Assembly (NCBI RefSeq): GCF_008000775.2
Contig: NZ_CP042905.2
Span: 3,150,001 to 3,182,000 of the forward strand
Reading direction: 5' to 3'
Length of the DNA stretch: 32,000 bases
Origin: Promethearchaeum syntrophicum
GTDB lineage: Archaea > Asgardarchaeota > Lokiarchaeia > Sigyniarchaeales > Promethearchaeaceae
In this document: in pieces, positions 9,318 through 19,464 of the stretch
Numbering within the stretch: the stretch's first letter is position 1
Layout: each line of letters begins with the position of its first letter
Notes under the pieces: generated by a model
Told to the model about the DNA's origin: nothing
The model's input: the letters and a program-made list of their open reading frames with translations, nothing else
Databases searched by the model: none
Translations under genes and position numbers: made by a program

Positions 9318-10619
9318 TTACAATTCTTTAGAAATAGTTAAATAGCGCCAATTGCTCTCCCATGGTTTTGAAAAATCGAATTCTAATATTTTAGCATCAA
9401 GTCGTCTATAAACATATTTTGAGCTTGAAAATACACTAAAAAGTCGATCATTAAAGAAATTTTTAAAACCTTCCAAAAATACTTCATGACCCCTGATCAA
9501 TCTGTCCGCTTGATTCTCCCTCATCCACTCATCAAACACTTCTTTTCCAAAATTAAATCCAATACCTCTTCTGCTTGGAAGAAATAACATATTAGGAGGC
9601 AGATCATCTGCAGGATCGTTCCACAAAATTTGTTGGGATAAATCATCCATTTCATCGATATTTGAATGTGCAGGATCAAGAAAATCTAATCCTTGAATTA
9701 TCTTGGGAATTTCGGGCATTTCAGTAAATTTTTTATCATAAATTGGAATACCTCCATGAAGCGAGACAAGTACCCTCGGGTTCTCCATAGATTCTGATTG
9801 GTAATGTACTGCATGCACTAGAGGTAATCTCATAAAAAAATATTCAAAATCATTGAACAGGTACAAATTAGGAAGATATTTGTTAATTGAGTGCCAAAAA
9901 CCGTATCGCATATTAATCGTTACTTCTTCGTGGTTCCCCCGTAAAATTCTGACATATTTTGAATATTTCATCGTAAATGTTAATATGTACAATAAATTAT
10001 GGATGTCCATTTTGTTTCTATCAACGTAATCTCCCAGAAAAATTATTCTTAGGTCTTCATTATTCAGTTCTGCTTTTTCAATTTGTTTTACGAAAAACCT
10101 AATGCATTTATCAGTGTCAATGATTGAACCATGCGTATCACCAACATAATATAGTTTTCCTGATTGCATTTTTTCATTGAATGCGTGATTTAAATCTAAT
10201 ACTTCTGGATTAAGAACAAATTCATTTAATTCTGAAAGAAGACCAATGATTTTTTCTCTTACAGCATTTCCACCCATGTATTTCCGAGGATCTTTAATTT
10301 GTTTATTATTATAATAAAATTCCCAAAATTCATCGGCAAAAGGGGTTTCAACTTTCTCTTTTTCTAAGAATGTAATGATATCTGTAAATTTTATTGCAAT
10401 AGACTGAGATAAGATATCTGGTTCTTCTGTTGGTAAGATATCAGTAGTAGTAAAGGTTTCTTCAGTTGTAATTTCTTCTCGGAGCAAATTTAATTTTTTT
10501 ATAAAGGCAGCTTCGCTTTTTTGCTCTTCTAAGTTAATATCTTGCATGATATCAGCGAGGGCTTCTTCCATTGCTTTCTTTTCTTCCTCTTCTTTCTCAT
10601 TTTCATCCATCGCTGTCAT
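9318..10619 (-). CDS. PPP-family (PP1/PP2A/calcineurin-like) serine/threonine phosphatase with an acidic N-terminal extension of about 150 aa
   Basis: 433 aa; GDTHGSIID, GDYVDRN, RGNHEE, SLHGGIP and LIRGHE motifs. Confidence 0.9.
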   Translation of the reverse strand: MTAMDENEKEEEEKKAMEEALADIMQDINLEEQKSEAAFIKKLNLLREEITTEETFTTTDILPTEEPDILSQSIAIKFTDIITFLEKEKVETPFADEFWEFYYNNKQIKDPRKYMGGNAVREKIIGLLSELNEFVLNPEVLDLNHAFNEKMQSGKLYYVGDTHGSIIDTDKCIRFFVKQIEKAELNNEDLRIIFLGDYVDRNKMDIHNLLYILTFTMKYSKYVRILRGNHEEVTINMRYGFWHSINKYLPNLYLFNDFEYFFMRLPLVHAVHYQSESMENPRVLVSLHGGIPIYDKKFTEMPEIPKIIQGLDFLDPAHSNIDEMDDLSQQILWNDPADDLPPNMLFLPSRRGIGFNFGKEVFDEWMRENQADRLIRGHEVFLEGFKNFFNDRLFSVFSSSKYVYRRLDAKILEFDFSKPWESNWRYLTISKEL

Positions 10620-10723
10620 TGTTTAAAAAGCCCCATTAAAAAACCCGTTGATTGATTTAATATTTCAATTTCTGTATTGATAAAATTTTTGGAATAGATA
10701 ACCAAAAAAAATTGCATTCGATT

Positions 10724-11332
10724 TTAGACCACTTCGTAATTAAATCCTTTTTCAAATGCGAGTAAATTGACTTCATGATATTTGCGGGGAATATTCAATC
10801 GAATAGATTCTATAATATGTTCTTTGCTAAAAGGTAAAATACTTAAATTTCTTGCTAAAGCGCCTAAAAGAATTACATTCATAGTTTGACTTAAACCTAA
10901 TTCGATACTATCATTAAATGCATCAACCTGTACGACATTTTTTGTCCATCGATGTAATTCTTTCACGATTTGTTCCATAGTTGGAGATTGAACTTGTCCA
11001 TTTGCAATTCTGACTGTCAACGGTTGATAAATGGTTGAATTGACAATGACTATTCCATCAGGTTTTAATCGAGGAAGGGATCTTACAGATTCCAATGCCT
11101 CTAGGGCAATTAGAACATCCGATTCCCCATCAGAACAAATCGGAGATTCTGAAGGATCAAAGCCGATTGCTAAATCTGAAACTACTACACCCCCTCTTTG
11201 AGCCAAACCATGAGTCTCCATTGTCATTACAGTATTTCCAGCCAGTTGTGCTGCACGCGAAATAATCCGTGATGTTGCTCCGATTCCTTGTCCTCCCATT
11301 CCAGTGATGTGAATTTTTAATTGTTTTACCAT
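10724..11332 (-). CDS. iorB: Indolepyruvate ferredoxin oxidoreductase, beta subunit
   Basis: MVKQLKIHITGMGGQGIGATSRIISRAAQLAG (GxGGQG) and ETHGLAQRGGVV. The tracked ORF start at 11455 overlaps iorA; ATG at 11332 fits 10 nt after the iorA stop. Confidence 0.88.
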   Translation of the reverse strand: MVKQLKIHITGMGGQGIGATSRIISRAAQLAGNTVMTMETHGLAQRGGVVVSDLAIGFDPSESPICSDGESDVLIALEALESVRSLPRLKPDGIVIVNSTIYQPLTVRIANGQVQSPTMEQIVKELHRWTKNVVQVDAFNDSIELGLSQTMNVILLGALARNLSILPFSKEHIIESIRLNIPRKYHEVNLLAFEKGFNYEVV

Positions 11333-11342
11333 GATATTCACC

Positions 11343-13277
11343 TTAAATGCGTTTAAAATCCTCCATTTGTTTGATCGGTTTATTTTGCATCGGACAGGTT
11401 TGAACACAACAACCACATCCAATACATAATGAAGTATTAATCTCAGCTTGGCCATTAATATCCTCTATTGCTGGACAAGCGAATTCAAGTAAGCATTTCT
11501 TAATGTTTCGACAAATATCATGATCTATATAATAGGGATTTGCCAAAGTTCCTGCTTTTCGTTCAGCTGTACTTCGCATTAATGCGCAAGGTTCTTCTTG
11601 GATTACTACTGCTAAAGTTTTTTCTTTTTCAGCAAATTCAAACGCTTCATATAAAGCATCTTCAACCATTTTTTCATTATAGGCAGGGACTCGTTTAATA
11701 AATTTAACACCCCATGCAGCAAGTGTTTTATCCATACTGATCGTTTTCGTATCAGCATATTTATGAAACAATTTTGCACCTCGTGATTTTTTACCTGTGT
11801 TCGGATTGGGTTGATGCCCAGTCATTGCTGTAATTCCATTATCCATAATCATTAATACTTGAGCATGTTTGTTGAATAATGTATTTACAATTCCGGGCAT
11901 TCCAGCATGGAAGAATGTTGAATCTCCAATAAACGACATAATCGGGGCACCATTTAAAGCTAATGACATCCCAGAGGCGGAAGGAACCCCAGATCCCATA
12001 CTATAAAGTACTTTTCCTTGCTCATATGGAGGAAGATATCCAAGTGTATAACAACCAATATCTGCCATAGAGTATCCTTTCAATTTTTTGATTACTTTAG
12101 ATGCTACATGAATTGAAGTTCGATGACCACAACCAGGACATAATTGAGGAGGACGCTTTGGAACTTCTAATAAGGGAGAATAAATAACATTCTTTACTTC
12201 CAAATTTAAGATTTGGGAAATCATTTGAACTAATCGACTAGGATTGTATTCCGAAATCATTAAATCAATATAATTTTTTTCATTCGATTTTCCTAAAAGT
12301 TCGATATGAGAAATAGCATGTTCAAATAATGCCGCTTTTATCTGTGTTTCAAAGATTGGATCTAATTCTTCTAAAATTTTAATTTTCTTGTATTTTTGAA
12401 TAAAAGTTAGGATTTCTTCCATGGGAAGTGGATATACAATTCCCAATTTTAATATTGCAGCACCAACACCTAAAATTCGAAGGGCACTTTTCAAAGCAGC
12501 ATATGTATGACCACTGGTAATGAATCCGATTTGTGGAATTTGGTTACCAAAAATCTCTTCTTTCAATAATTCACCAGAATCCGCCAATTCTTTCCATTTT
12601 TCTAAATTTTTTAAGGATTTTCTTCGAAGAGGAGCTAATGTTGCCGGTAATGGGATATAACCCCCTTCTAAATTTGGATCGAATTTTCTTTGAATATTTG
12701 TTTTATTTTTCACGCCGAATTTTACAATACCTGTTTGATGGCAAATTCGTGTAGTAGAGCGAATAACAACAGGCATTTGCCATTGTTGAGAATATTTCAT
12801 AGCAAAACAGAAATAATCTTTTGCTTCTTGCACATTGGCAGGTTCGAGCATTGGAATTTTTCCAAGTTTTGCATAGTGACGATTATCTTGTTCATTTTGA
12901 GAAGAATGAGGTCCGGGATCATCACCTAAAATAATAACTAATCCACCAGGAAGAGTAAACTTACTTAATTGAACGAATGAATCAGAAGCCACATTCAACC
13001 CTACGCTTTTCATAAACACGCATGCAGGTGCCCCTCCAATGGCAGCTGAGGCAGCAATTTCCAAAGCGACTTTTTCATTTGTAGAAAATTCAAAATAAAT
13101 TCCACTTTCATCTTGAATCTGCGCCAATCGCACACCTATTCCACTTGTGGGAGATCCGGGGTATGCAGTTGCAACTTTAACATCCGCTTCAATCATTCCT
13201 CGAACAAAAGCATCATTACCCAATAGAATTTCTTGATGCGGTTCGTCATTCAGAATTGAATATTTATAGTTGACCAT
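11343..13277 (-). CDS. iorA: Indolepyruvate ferredoxin oxidoreductase, alpha subunit
   Basis: 644 aa; GNDAFVRGMIEADVKVATAYPGSPTSG, PPQLCPGCGHRTS, TPP-type GDSTFFHAGM and C-terminal Cys clusters (CIGCGCCVQTCP). Confidence 0.93.
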   Translation of the reverse strand: MVNYKYSILNDEPHQEILLGNDAFVRGMIEADVKVATAYPGSPTSGIGVRLAQIQDESGIYFEFSTNEKVALEIAASAAIGGAPACVFMKSVGLNVASDSFVQLSKFTLPGGLVIILGDDPGPHSSQNEQDNRHYAKLGKIPMLEPANVQEAKDYFCFAMKYSQQWQMPVVIRSTTRICHQTGIVKFGVKNKTNIQRKFDPNLEGGYIPLPATLAPLRRKSLKNLEKWKELADSGELLKEEIFGNQIPQIGFITSGHTYAALKSALRILGVGAAILKLGIVYPLPMEEILTFIQKYKKIKILEELDPIFETQIKAALFEHAISHIELLGKSNEKNYIDLMISEYNPSRLVQMISQILNLEVKNVIYSPLLEVPKRPPQLCPGCGHRTSIHVASKVIKKLKGYSMADIGCYTLGYLPPYEQGKVLYSMGSGVPSASGMSLALNGAPIMSFIGDSTFFHAGMPGIVNTLFNKHAQVLMIMDNGITAMTGHQPNPNTGKKSRGAKLFHKYADTKTISMDKTLAAWGVKFIKRVPAYNEKMVEDALYEAFEFAEKEKTLAVVIQEEPCALMRSTAERKAGTLANPYYIDHDICRNIKKCLLEFACPAIEDINGQAEINTSLCIGCGCCVQTCPMQNKPIKQMEDFKRI

Positions 13278-13407
13278 GATTTAAACTTTAGTTTACAATA
13301 ACAATATTTAAAAATTTGGCTTAAATTTTATTGGATTTTCAGCTTAATACTGAAAAAAATGAGGATTACCAGGAGAAAACCTAAAAAATAAACTTGATTT
13401 AAATGAA

Positions 13408-14253
13408 TCAGAGAAATTCTATTAACCCATCTATACCAAACCCACTAAGTATTATCTCAATACCCATCCATACTAAGACTAATGCAAATATTTTCTCCAG
13501 AATTGCACCATATTTAATCATTTTTGCAAGAAATCGATTATTAATAAATCCGATAAGAGCTCCTAAGATTATAAAAGGAACTGTGATTCCCATGGCATAA
13601 AGGATCATTAGGTATAGCGCTGTTGAATATTCATTTTGCACAGCACCTATTGAAATTATGGTTCCTAATACCGGAGTAACACAAGCAATCCAAGAACTTC
13701 CTGTGGTAAATCCAAGAATAAACGCACCTCCGTATCCAGTATACTTATTAAAAGATGTGGGGTTATCTAATTTATTCGAAATTTCAACTTCATTGAGTCG
13801 AGTTTCTCGATTTTCAAGGATTTCCATATTTCGGTTAATTTCTTGCTTTTTTATTTTTCGTATTTCTTTCAATTTTCGAGTTAGTTTTTGAATTTCTTTA
13901 TTGAAAAATAGATATAACGCAAGTAGAATCGTGATAATTCCAGAAATAAGGTTAAAGTACGTTCTATTTTCAAGACTCATAACACCCGCTAAAAAAATAA
14001 CCCCAATTATACCAAATGTTAATGAAAATCCAAGTGAATAAAGTAAACTCATGAATGAACTCTGTCTCCAGTTCTTGGAGGAAGACCCAACATACGAAAC
14101 GAAAGTTGGAATTAATGCAACATTACACGGGGATACGAAAGAAGCAATTCCAGCTCCAAAAGCAATAAAATATAAAGTGGGGTCTACGGCCATTTTTTCT
14201 TCACATATGCATTTTATAAGGCAGGATTGATTAAAGTATAAAAAAAAAATCAT
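13408..14253 (-). CDS. ccdA: CcdA/DsbD-type cytochrome c biogenesis or thiol-disulfide membrane transporter
   Basis: 281 aa; FGAGIASFVSPCNVALIPTFVSYV and ITGSSWIACVTPVLGTIIS-like segments (FTTGSSWIACVTPVLG), multiple TM helices. Confidence 0.85.
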   Translation of the reverse strand: MIFFLYFNQSCLIKCICEEKMAVDPTLYFIAFGAGIASFVSPCNVALIPTFVSYVGSSSKNWRQSSFMSLLYSLGFSLTFGIIGVIFLAGVMSLENRTYFNLISGIITILLALYLFFNKEIQKLTRKLKEIRKIKKQEINRNMEILENRETRLNEVEISNKLDNPTSFNKYTGYGGAFILGFTTGSSWIACVTPVLGTIISIGAVQNEYSTALYLMILYAMGITVPFIILGALIGFINNRFLAKMIKYGAILEKIFALVLVWMGIEIILSGFGIDGLIEFL

Positions 14254-14918
14254 AATAAATTATTAATATTAGTTTGAATCTCTTCTATTGTTTGAGGACC
14301 AGTTTGAGTTGTTCCAACACTGCCATCTTTTGCAAAATAGACTGTGTGTGGGACATATTGAGAGCCAAATCTTGATGATAAAGAATAATCTGTATCTTTC
14401 ACATTTTTCCAAGTAAATCCTTGTTCATCAGCATATTCTTGTATAGCATCTACACTATCTGCAGCCTTGACATTTATAGATAAGATTAATAGTTGGTTTG
14501 ATGTATATAGCTCTGAAGCGGATTGCAAATTGGGTGAATGTTGCTTACAGGCAGGACAATCGATAAAATTAAAATAGAATATAACCACCTTCCCTTCATA
14601 ATCTGCCAAATGAATAATAGTCCCATCTATTGTAGTTATATCAAGATCAGTTTTATACCCCGTCTCAGGATCTTCTGTATATGTATTAGTATCTGTAGAA
14701 TAATTTGGATTTAGACTATTATCTTCAGCTGTATTATCTAATAAACTTCCAATACCTACGACCCCACCAGCGATTACAATCATTACAATAAAGAATATTG
14801 CAAAACCACTGGATTTCTTTGGATTTATCTCTTCATCATAATATTTTGCCCGCGAGCCTGAAGTGGATTTCTTATTTATATTTTCTCTTGCTTTCGCTTG
14901 AAATTTACTTTTTCCCAT
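14250..14918 (-). CDS. Membrane-anchored thioredoxin/TlpA-like protein
   Basis: 222 aa; N-terminal TM anchor, then FYFNFIDCPACKQHSPNLQ (CxxC) and a cis-Pro-like QYVPHTVYF; overlaps ccdA by 4 nt. Confidence 0.85.
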   Translation of the reverse strand: MGKSKFQAKARENINKKSTSGSRAKYYDEEINPKKSSGFAIFFIVMIVIAGGVVGIGSLLDNTAEDNSLNPNYSTDTNTYTEDPETGYKTDLDITTIDGTIIHLADYEGKVVIFYFNFIDCPACKQHSPNLQSASELYTSNQLLILSINVKAADSVDAIQEYADEQGFTWKNVKDTDYSLSSRFGSQYVPHTVYFAKDGSVGTTQTGPQTIEEIQTNINNLL

Positions 14919-14955
14919 TTCTAATCCTCTTAAAATTTTATATAATTATTTATTA

Positions 14956-15279
14956 CTAAATTATGCAAACATTCTTAATAATAGGTTCAATATTTTTGAT
15001 AAAAAGCTGTTTGCGAATAAGACCCTTAATAGAAATCAATATTTTTTCGTATTTTCCAAACCGTTCAATAAATTGATTTGAAATTAAGATTTCAATACCA
15101 TTGACGTTTGTTTTATGCGCGAATTCATCATTATCTGAGAATTTGAGCTTGATAACAGGAGATAAAACTTGAACACAAGGCTCTTCCATCAGATCTACAT
15201 CTATTAAAAATGAAGATATTGATTTTTCTTGAACTAAGCTTATAGCTTTTTCATCAAAATCAATATTTACTGCTATCAT
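14956..15279 (-). CDS. Hypothetical protein
   Basis: 107 aa ORF with plausible codon use; no family recognised with confidence. Confidence 0.5.
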   Translation of the reverse strand: MIAVNIDFDEKAISLVQEKSISSFLIDVDLMEEPCVQVLSPVIKLKFSDNDEFAHKTNVNGIEILISNQFIERFGKYEKILISIKGLIRKQLFIKNIEPIIKNVCII

Positions 15280-15380
15280 AAATTAAAAATGGTAGGATAA
15301 TTATATAAAGTTTGTGCATTATTTTTGCCCAATCATATTTGTTTATAAATCCCGACAATTGATATCAAAGGTAGGATATT

Positions 15381-16175
15381 TTAATTATAAAGAATATCAG
15401 AAATTAGTTGCTGGAGATGGGAATTGAAAGTATGATGATCTGCCCAGAACATGCAATGTCCATGTCCCTCCATAAAGATTGTGTCAATTTTGGGTTTGAA
15501 TTTTTCTCGATGTTTTTTCTTAGGTAGCGATAACCCTGCTATGATAGCTTTTATGGGATATCGCGCTTCCTCAATGTATGGTATAACATTCCAATAGCAG
15601 AGTTCCTCAAATTCACTCAAAAAGACCGCATTTTTAATGATCGGATACTGCAAAAATTCCTTCTGTAGTTGCTCTGAGACCTTAATTCCAGAATTCATAT
15701 GGGTTTTATACAAGTTAACAATTTTTTTGTGTGTATTTTCTCTGAAATCTTTCATGATCAGTTCGGTGGCTTCTACAGTATTCTTGGTATAGAGACTTCC
15801 TTGAATCGGAAAGAAAGTATCAATACCGATTATACCTATGATCCTATCTTTAAGGATTCTTGCAGCTTCAAGAATTATTGGTCCACCCATTGACCAGCCA
15901 ATAAGGATAACTCTTTGAAGATCCTCTGCTTGTATAACAGCTGCGATATCTTCTCCAAATGCTTGCATAGTGAATTTCAATCTGTCTGTGGTTGCAGATT
16001 TTCCATGCCCACCTATATCGGGGAGTACTAATTTGTATTGTTTAGCAAATGAATGTTGCAATTTCCAGTGTTCAAGGATACCTCCAGCGCCAGAGACAAA
16101 GCAGAGTGTGATATCTCCTTTTCCGTGTACCTCGTAGTAGATGTCCGTTCCATCTTTTGATTTGCATTTATTCAT
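15381..16175 (-). CDS. Alpha/beta hydrolase (intact copy)
   Basis: 264 aa; LPDIGGHGKS, nucleophile elbow GWSMGG, C-terminal EGHGHCMFW. Confidence 0.85.
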   Translation of the reverse strand: MNKCKSKDGTDIYYEVHGKGDITLCFVSGAGGILEHWKLQHSFAKQYKLVLPDIGGHGKSATTDRLKFTMQAFGEDIAAVIQAEDLQRVILIGWSMGGPIILEAARILKDRIIGIIGIDTFFPIQGSLYTKNTVEATELIMKDFRENTHKKIVNLYKTHMNSGIKVSEQLQKEFLQYPIIKNAVFLSEFEELCYWNVIPYIEEARYPIKAIIAGLSLPKKKHREKFKPKIDTIFMEGHGHCMFWADHHTFNSHLQQLISDILYN

Positions 16176-16476
16176 ATTTTGTTTTAAAAAATTAGCTCAT
16201 AAAAAGATTGTCTGATGAAATAAATGTTCAACAGATAAGCTTTGAGAATAAAAATATCAAGATTTTAAGAATAAATAAATCAAATAAAATGAGTTCTGGA
16301 AGTAATTTTTCCAGTAAATTTAAAAGATTTTTCCCATTAGCCGATCTACTCACCAAGAAGGGATTTACATGGTTTCAATGAACTAATAGTGCCGAAACAC
16401 TAGCAGGAGTTTATATGTTCTACGGACGCCATTTGTAGTTTAGGTAGAATCAACGTCTGAAATCAACAGTTTGAAG

Positions 16477-16536
16477 TTATTTATTAGAAAGAATATCTGA
16501 GATCATCTGCTGGAGATTTGTATTGAAGGTCTCATG
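16477..16536 (-). pseudogene. 3'-terminal remnant of a third alpha/beta hydrolase copy
   Basis: Minus strand reads HETFNTNLQQMISDILSNK*, matching HETFNTHLQQMISDILND* of the 17423-18209 copy. Confidence 0.75.
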
Positions 16537-16543
16537 GGTGTGG

Positions 16544-17242
16544 TCATCGTGTAAATCCAATTAAGAATGCAAATCCAATGATTATTAAAAATAATATTTC
16601 TGAAATAATCAGAATAAGAGTAATTTGTTTAAATTTTTTTTTTTGTGTCTCAATGTTTTTAGATGAATACCATAACAATCCCAATATCAAGTATAGAAAG
16701 AAGCAAGCACTAAATCCCAATATAATATAGCTCAGATATCCATAGTATTCTGGGATTTCACCTATTAATTCAAAACTCAATAAGAGAGAACTAATTGCAG
16801 TTAAGGCCATTACTGTAAAAAATTTAACGAGTCGTCCTTCAATAACAACATGTAAATGGGCTTCGATATCCTTTAATGATGGAACGTCTATATGTGACTT
16901 CTTCTCAATTATTTCATAGATTTTTTGAAACCGTTTTTCATTAATTTTACTTAATCTAATTATGATATGGTTCTTCGAATCCAATTTTCCAATAAACTTG
17001 ATTTCATATGTCTGATTTAGGTTTTTGCTAATATTCACATCAGAAATGGTATCAAAGTTTAAAACATATGAGTTATCTAAACATGTGAGAAGCTTATTAT
17101 TTAAAAAAAATGGTTTATTTCTACCAATAACGAGAAATGATAAAAATTTTGGAATAATAATCCCATTTGTCGTAAATAATAGATAATCAATTGTATTATG
17201 ATAATCTACTTCTAATTTATATGATATATCTGAATTTTCCAT
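16544..17242 (-). CDS. Hypothetical membrane protein with C-terminal TM helices
   Basis: 232 aa; about 3-4 predicted hydrophobic segments in the C-terminal half. Confidence 0.6.
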   Translation of the reverse strand: MENSDISYKLEVDYHNTIDYLLFTTNGIIIPKFLSFLVIGRNKPFFLNNKLLTCLDNSYVLNFDTISDVNISKNLNQTYEIKFIGKLDSKNHIIIRLSKINEKRFQKIYEIIEKKSHIDVPSLKDIEAHLHVVIEGRLVKFFTVMALTAISSLLLSFELIGEIPEYYGYLSYIILGFSACFFLYLILGLLWYSSKNIETQKKKFKQITLILIISEILFLIIIGFAFLIGFTR

Positions 17243-17422
17243 TGGATCACCTTATGGGAAAAGATTACTTTCTTGATTTGAAGTCTACTAATCGTCCCAT
17301 TGTTAAATCAACTCCAAGTAACTTAGATGATTCTACCCATAAAAACATTTTCTGAACCCCTCCCAGTGAAATGTTGATATTACATATGTTCTTCTTTTTT
17401 TCGGGAATTAAAATGAGAATTT

Positions 17423-18209
17423 CTAATCATTAAGAATATCAGAGATCATCTGCTGGAGATGAGTATTGAAGGTTTCGTGATCTGCCCAGAGCATGCAATG
17501 ACCGTGCCCCTCCATGACAATAATATCGATTTTTGGTTTGAAGCTCTCTCTTTGTGCTTCTTCAAGTGCAGACATGCCTGCTATGATTGCTTTTATTGGA
17601 TGTTGTGGGTCCTCAAGATGAGGCATATCATTCCAATTACAGAGATCCTCCAACTCACTTAAAAATATCTCACTTTTGATGACCGGATATTGCAGAAATT
17701 CCTTCTGTAGTTGCTCTGATTCCAGTATTCATATGATATTTAAACAGGTTAACAATTTTCTTTGGGGTATCTTCCCTGAAATCTTTCATGATCAGTTTGG
17801 TGGCTTCTTCACTATTCTTGGTATAGAGACTTCCTTGAATAGGAAAGAATGTATCAATGCCGATTATACCTATGATCCTATCTTTAAGGATTCTTGCAGC
17901 TTCAAGAATTATTGGTCCACCCATTGACCAACCAATAAGGATAACTCTTTGAAGATCCTCTGCTTGTATAACAGCTGCGATATCTTCTCCAAATGCTTGC
18001 ATAGTGAATTTCAATCTCTCTGTATTTGCAGATTTTCCATGCCCAGCTATGTCGGGGAGCACTAATTTATATTGTTTAGCAAATGAATGTTGCAATTTCC
18101 AGTGTTCAAGGATCCCTCCAGCGCCAGAGACAAAGCAGAGTGTGATATCTCCCTCTCCGTATACCTCGTAGTAGATGTCCGTTCCATCTTTCGATTTGCA
18201 TTTATTCAT
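17423..18209 (-). pseudogene. Alpha/beta hydrolase paralogue broken by an 8-nt deletion
   Basis: 787 bp versus 795 bp for 15381-16175. Minus strand GGAATC|AGAGCAACTACAG versus intact GGAATTAAGGTCTCAGAGCAACTACAG; the original frame resumes as EFLQYPVIKSEIFLSELEDLCNWNDMPHLEDP... to the same stop. Confidence 0.88.
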
Positions 18210-18316
18210 ATTTTGTGTTAAAATTTTAACAATATTAAATTTGATAAGGAAATAATTGTTCAAGGAATAAATTTGAAAAAAAATGAAACTGTTCATCAAT
18301 TTCATCAATAGAGATT

Positions 18317-19312
18317 TCATATAATTATGTAAATGTTATTTCTATCAAGAATACAAGCAAGCAACCAAATAATTAACATATTTACGACCCCAACTATTAA
18401 AATTATACCCCAACCTATTGATTCTGGTATTAATAACAAAGTGAACCCGTATAGAATTCCATGAAAAACATATAAGGCAAACGCATTTTTTCCTTGAGGT
18501 TGAAATATTCTGCTTTTTTTGTTAGTTGACTCATTATTCTCATAAATATCCCATAATATACAAAATAAGATACCTCCAAGGCCGATAGAAAGCGTAATAT
18601 AAGAAATGTTAACTCGCTGTTTACTAATTCCAAAAATGAGAGCTAAAATAACCCCAACTGTAGAGAAAAGAATACTGAACAGAATTATTTTTTTAAGTTC
18701 CTTTTTTTCAAATAATTCTCCAATCACAGTTGCCATTAACATCAAAATTGTCCATCCAAATCCGCCAATGAATCCACCGTGAGAATCTGTTAGAATCATT
18801 TCTGATAAAACAATTGTGTTCTCATCAATAATTAACTCAACAATGCTAAAAAATTGATAAAAAATTAGAAGGTAGATGGAAATGATAAAGCGAACAATAA
18901 TTCGAAAATTAATAAAAAGAAGTGTAAAAATTCCCGCAAATCCTATTGCTTGCAGAACTCCCCATGAAAAAGAGATACCGCTAGGTGAATATGATAAAGC
19001 ACCAAGAAATCCAAATCCAATAAACGCCCCATATCTACGTAAAAATTGTAAATAAGTATTTAATGAACCAAATTTCTCCTTTCTCCTTTTAAATGATTTA
19101 TGATAAGTAAGCGAGATTGTAAAAATAAAAAATGACGCAACTAAATCGACGTAGGTTAATCCAAAATCAGATGTATGTTTGTTCCATGACGGAGTATTAT
19201 TAAAGATACCAATAATATTTACAAAAACCATCGCACTTATGGTTATTCCACGAAACACATCAATAGCAAGCGATCTCTCTACTTTTAAAACCGGCTCTGA
19301 ATTTCTTTCCAT
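18317..19312 (-). CDS. HGSNAT/DUF5009-like multi-TM acyltransferase family protein
   Basis: 331 aa; RSLAIDVFRGITISAMVFVNI start and late NAFALYVFHGILY segment. Confidence 0.6.
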   Translation of the reverse strand: MERNSEPVLKVERSLAIDVFRGITISAMVFVNIIGIFNNTPSWNKHTSDFGLTYVDLVASFFIFTISLTYHKSFKRRKEKFGSLNTYLQFLRRYGAFIGFGFLGALSYSPSGISFSWGVLQAIGFAGIFTLLFINFRIIVRFIISIYLLIFYQFFSIVELIIDENTIVLSEMILTDSHGGFIGGFGWTILMLMATVIGELFEKKELKKIILFSILFSTVGVILALIFGISKQRVNISYITLSIGLGGILFCILWDIYENNESTNKKSRIFQPQGKNAFALYVFHGILYGFTLLLIPESIGWGIILIVGVVNMLIIWLLACILDRNNIYIII

Positions 19313-19464
19313 ATATTCTGTTTAGATTTATCATATATATAAGGAATCTCAGATTATTGAATCAATTTTGAAATTGAATATAGTTTAATATATTTTATCA
19401 AATTTAGCTGAAAAAAATTTTTTAATTCTACATATTTCAGTAATAGAGGATTAGTCATATTTAA

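Noticed and set aside
11333-11455. Upstream extension of iorB (MAKLRLILHYVLDVVVV...)
   Set aside because: Overlaps the C-terminal ferredoxin-domain coding part of iorA; the GxGGQG domain starts naturally at Met 11332.
16201-16476. Intergenic stretch with somewhat more structured sequence (possible ncRNA)
   Set aside because: No convincing C/D box, hairpin or repeat beyond the hydrolase remnant at its right end.
18210-18320. N-terminal extension of the second hydrolase copy (MKSLLMKLMNSFIFF...)
   Set aside because: The intact paralogue begins at MNKCKSKDG; the extension is upstream noncoding sequence in frame.
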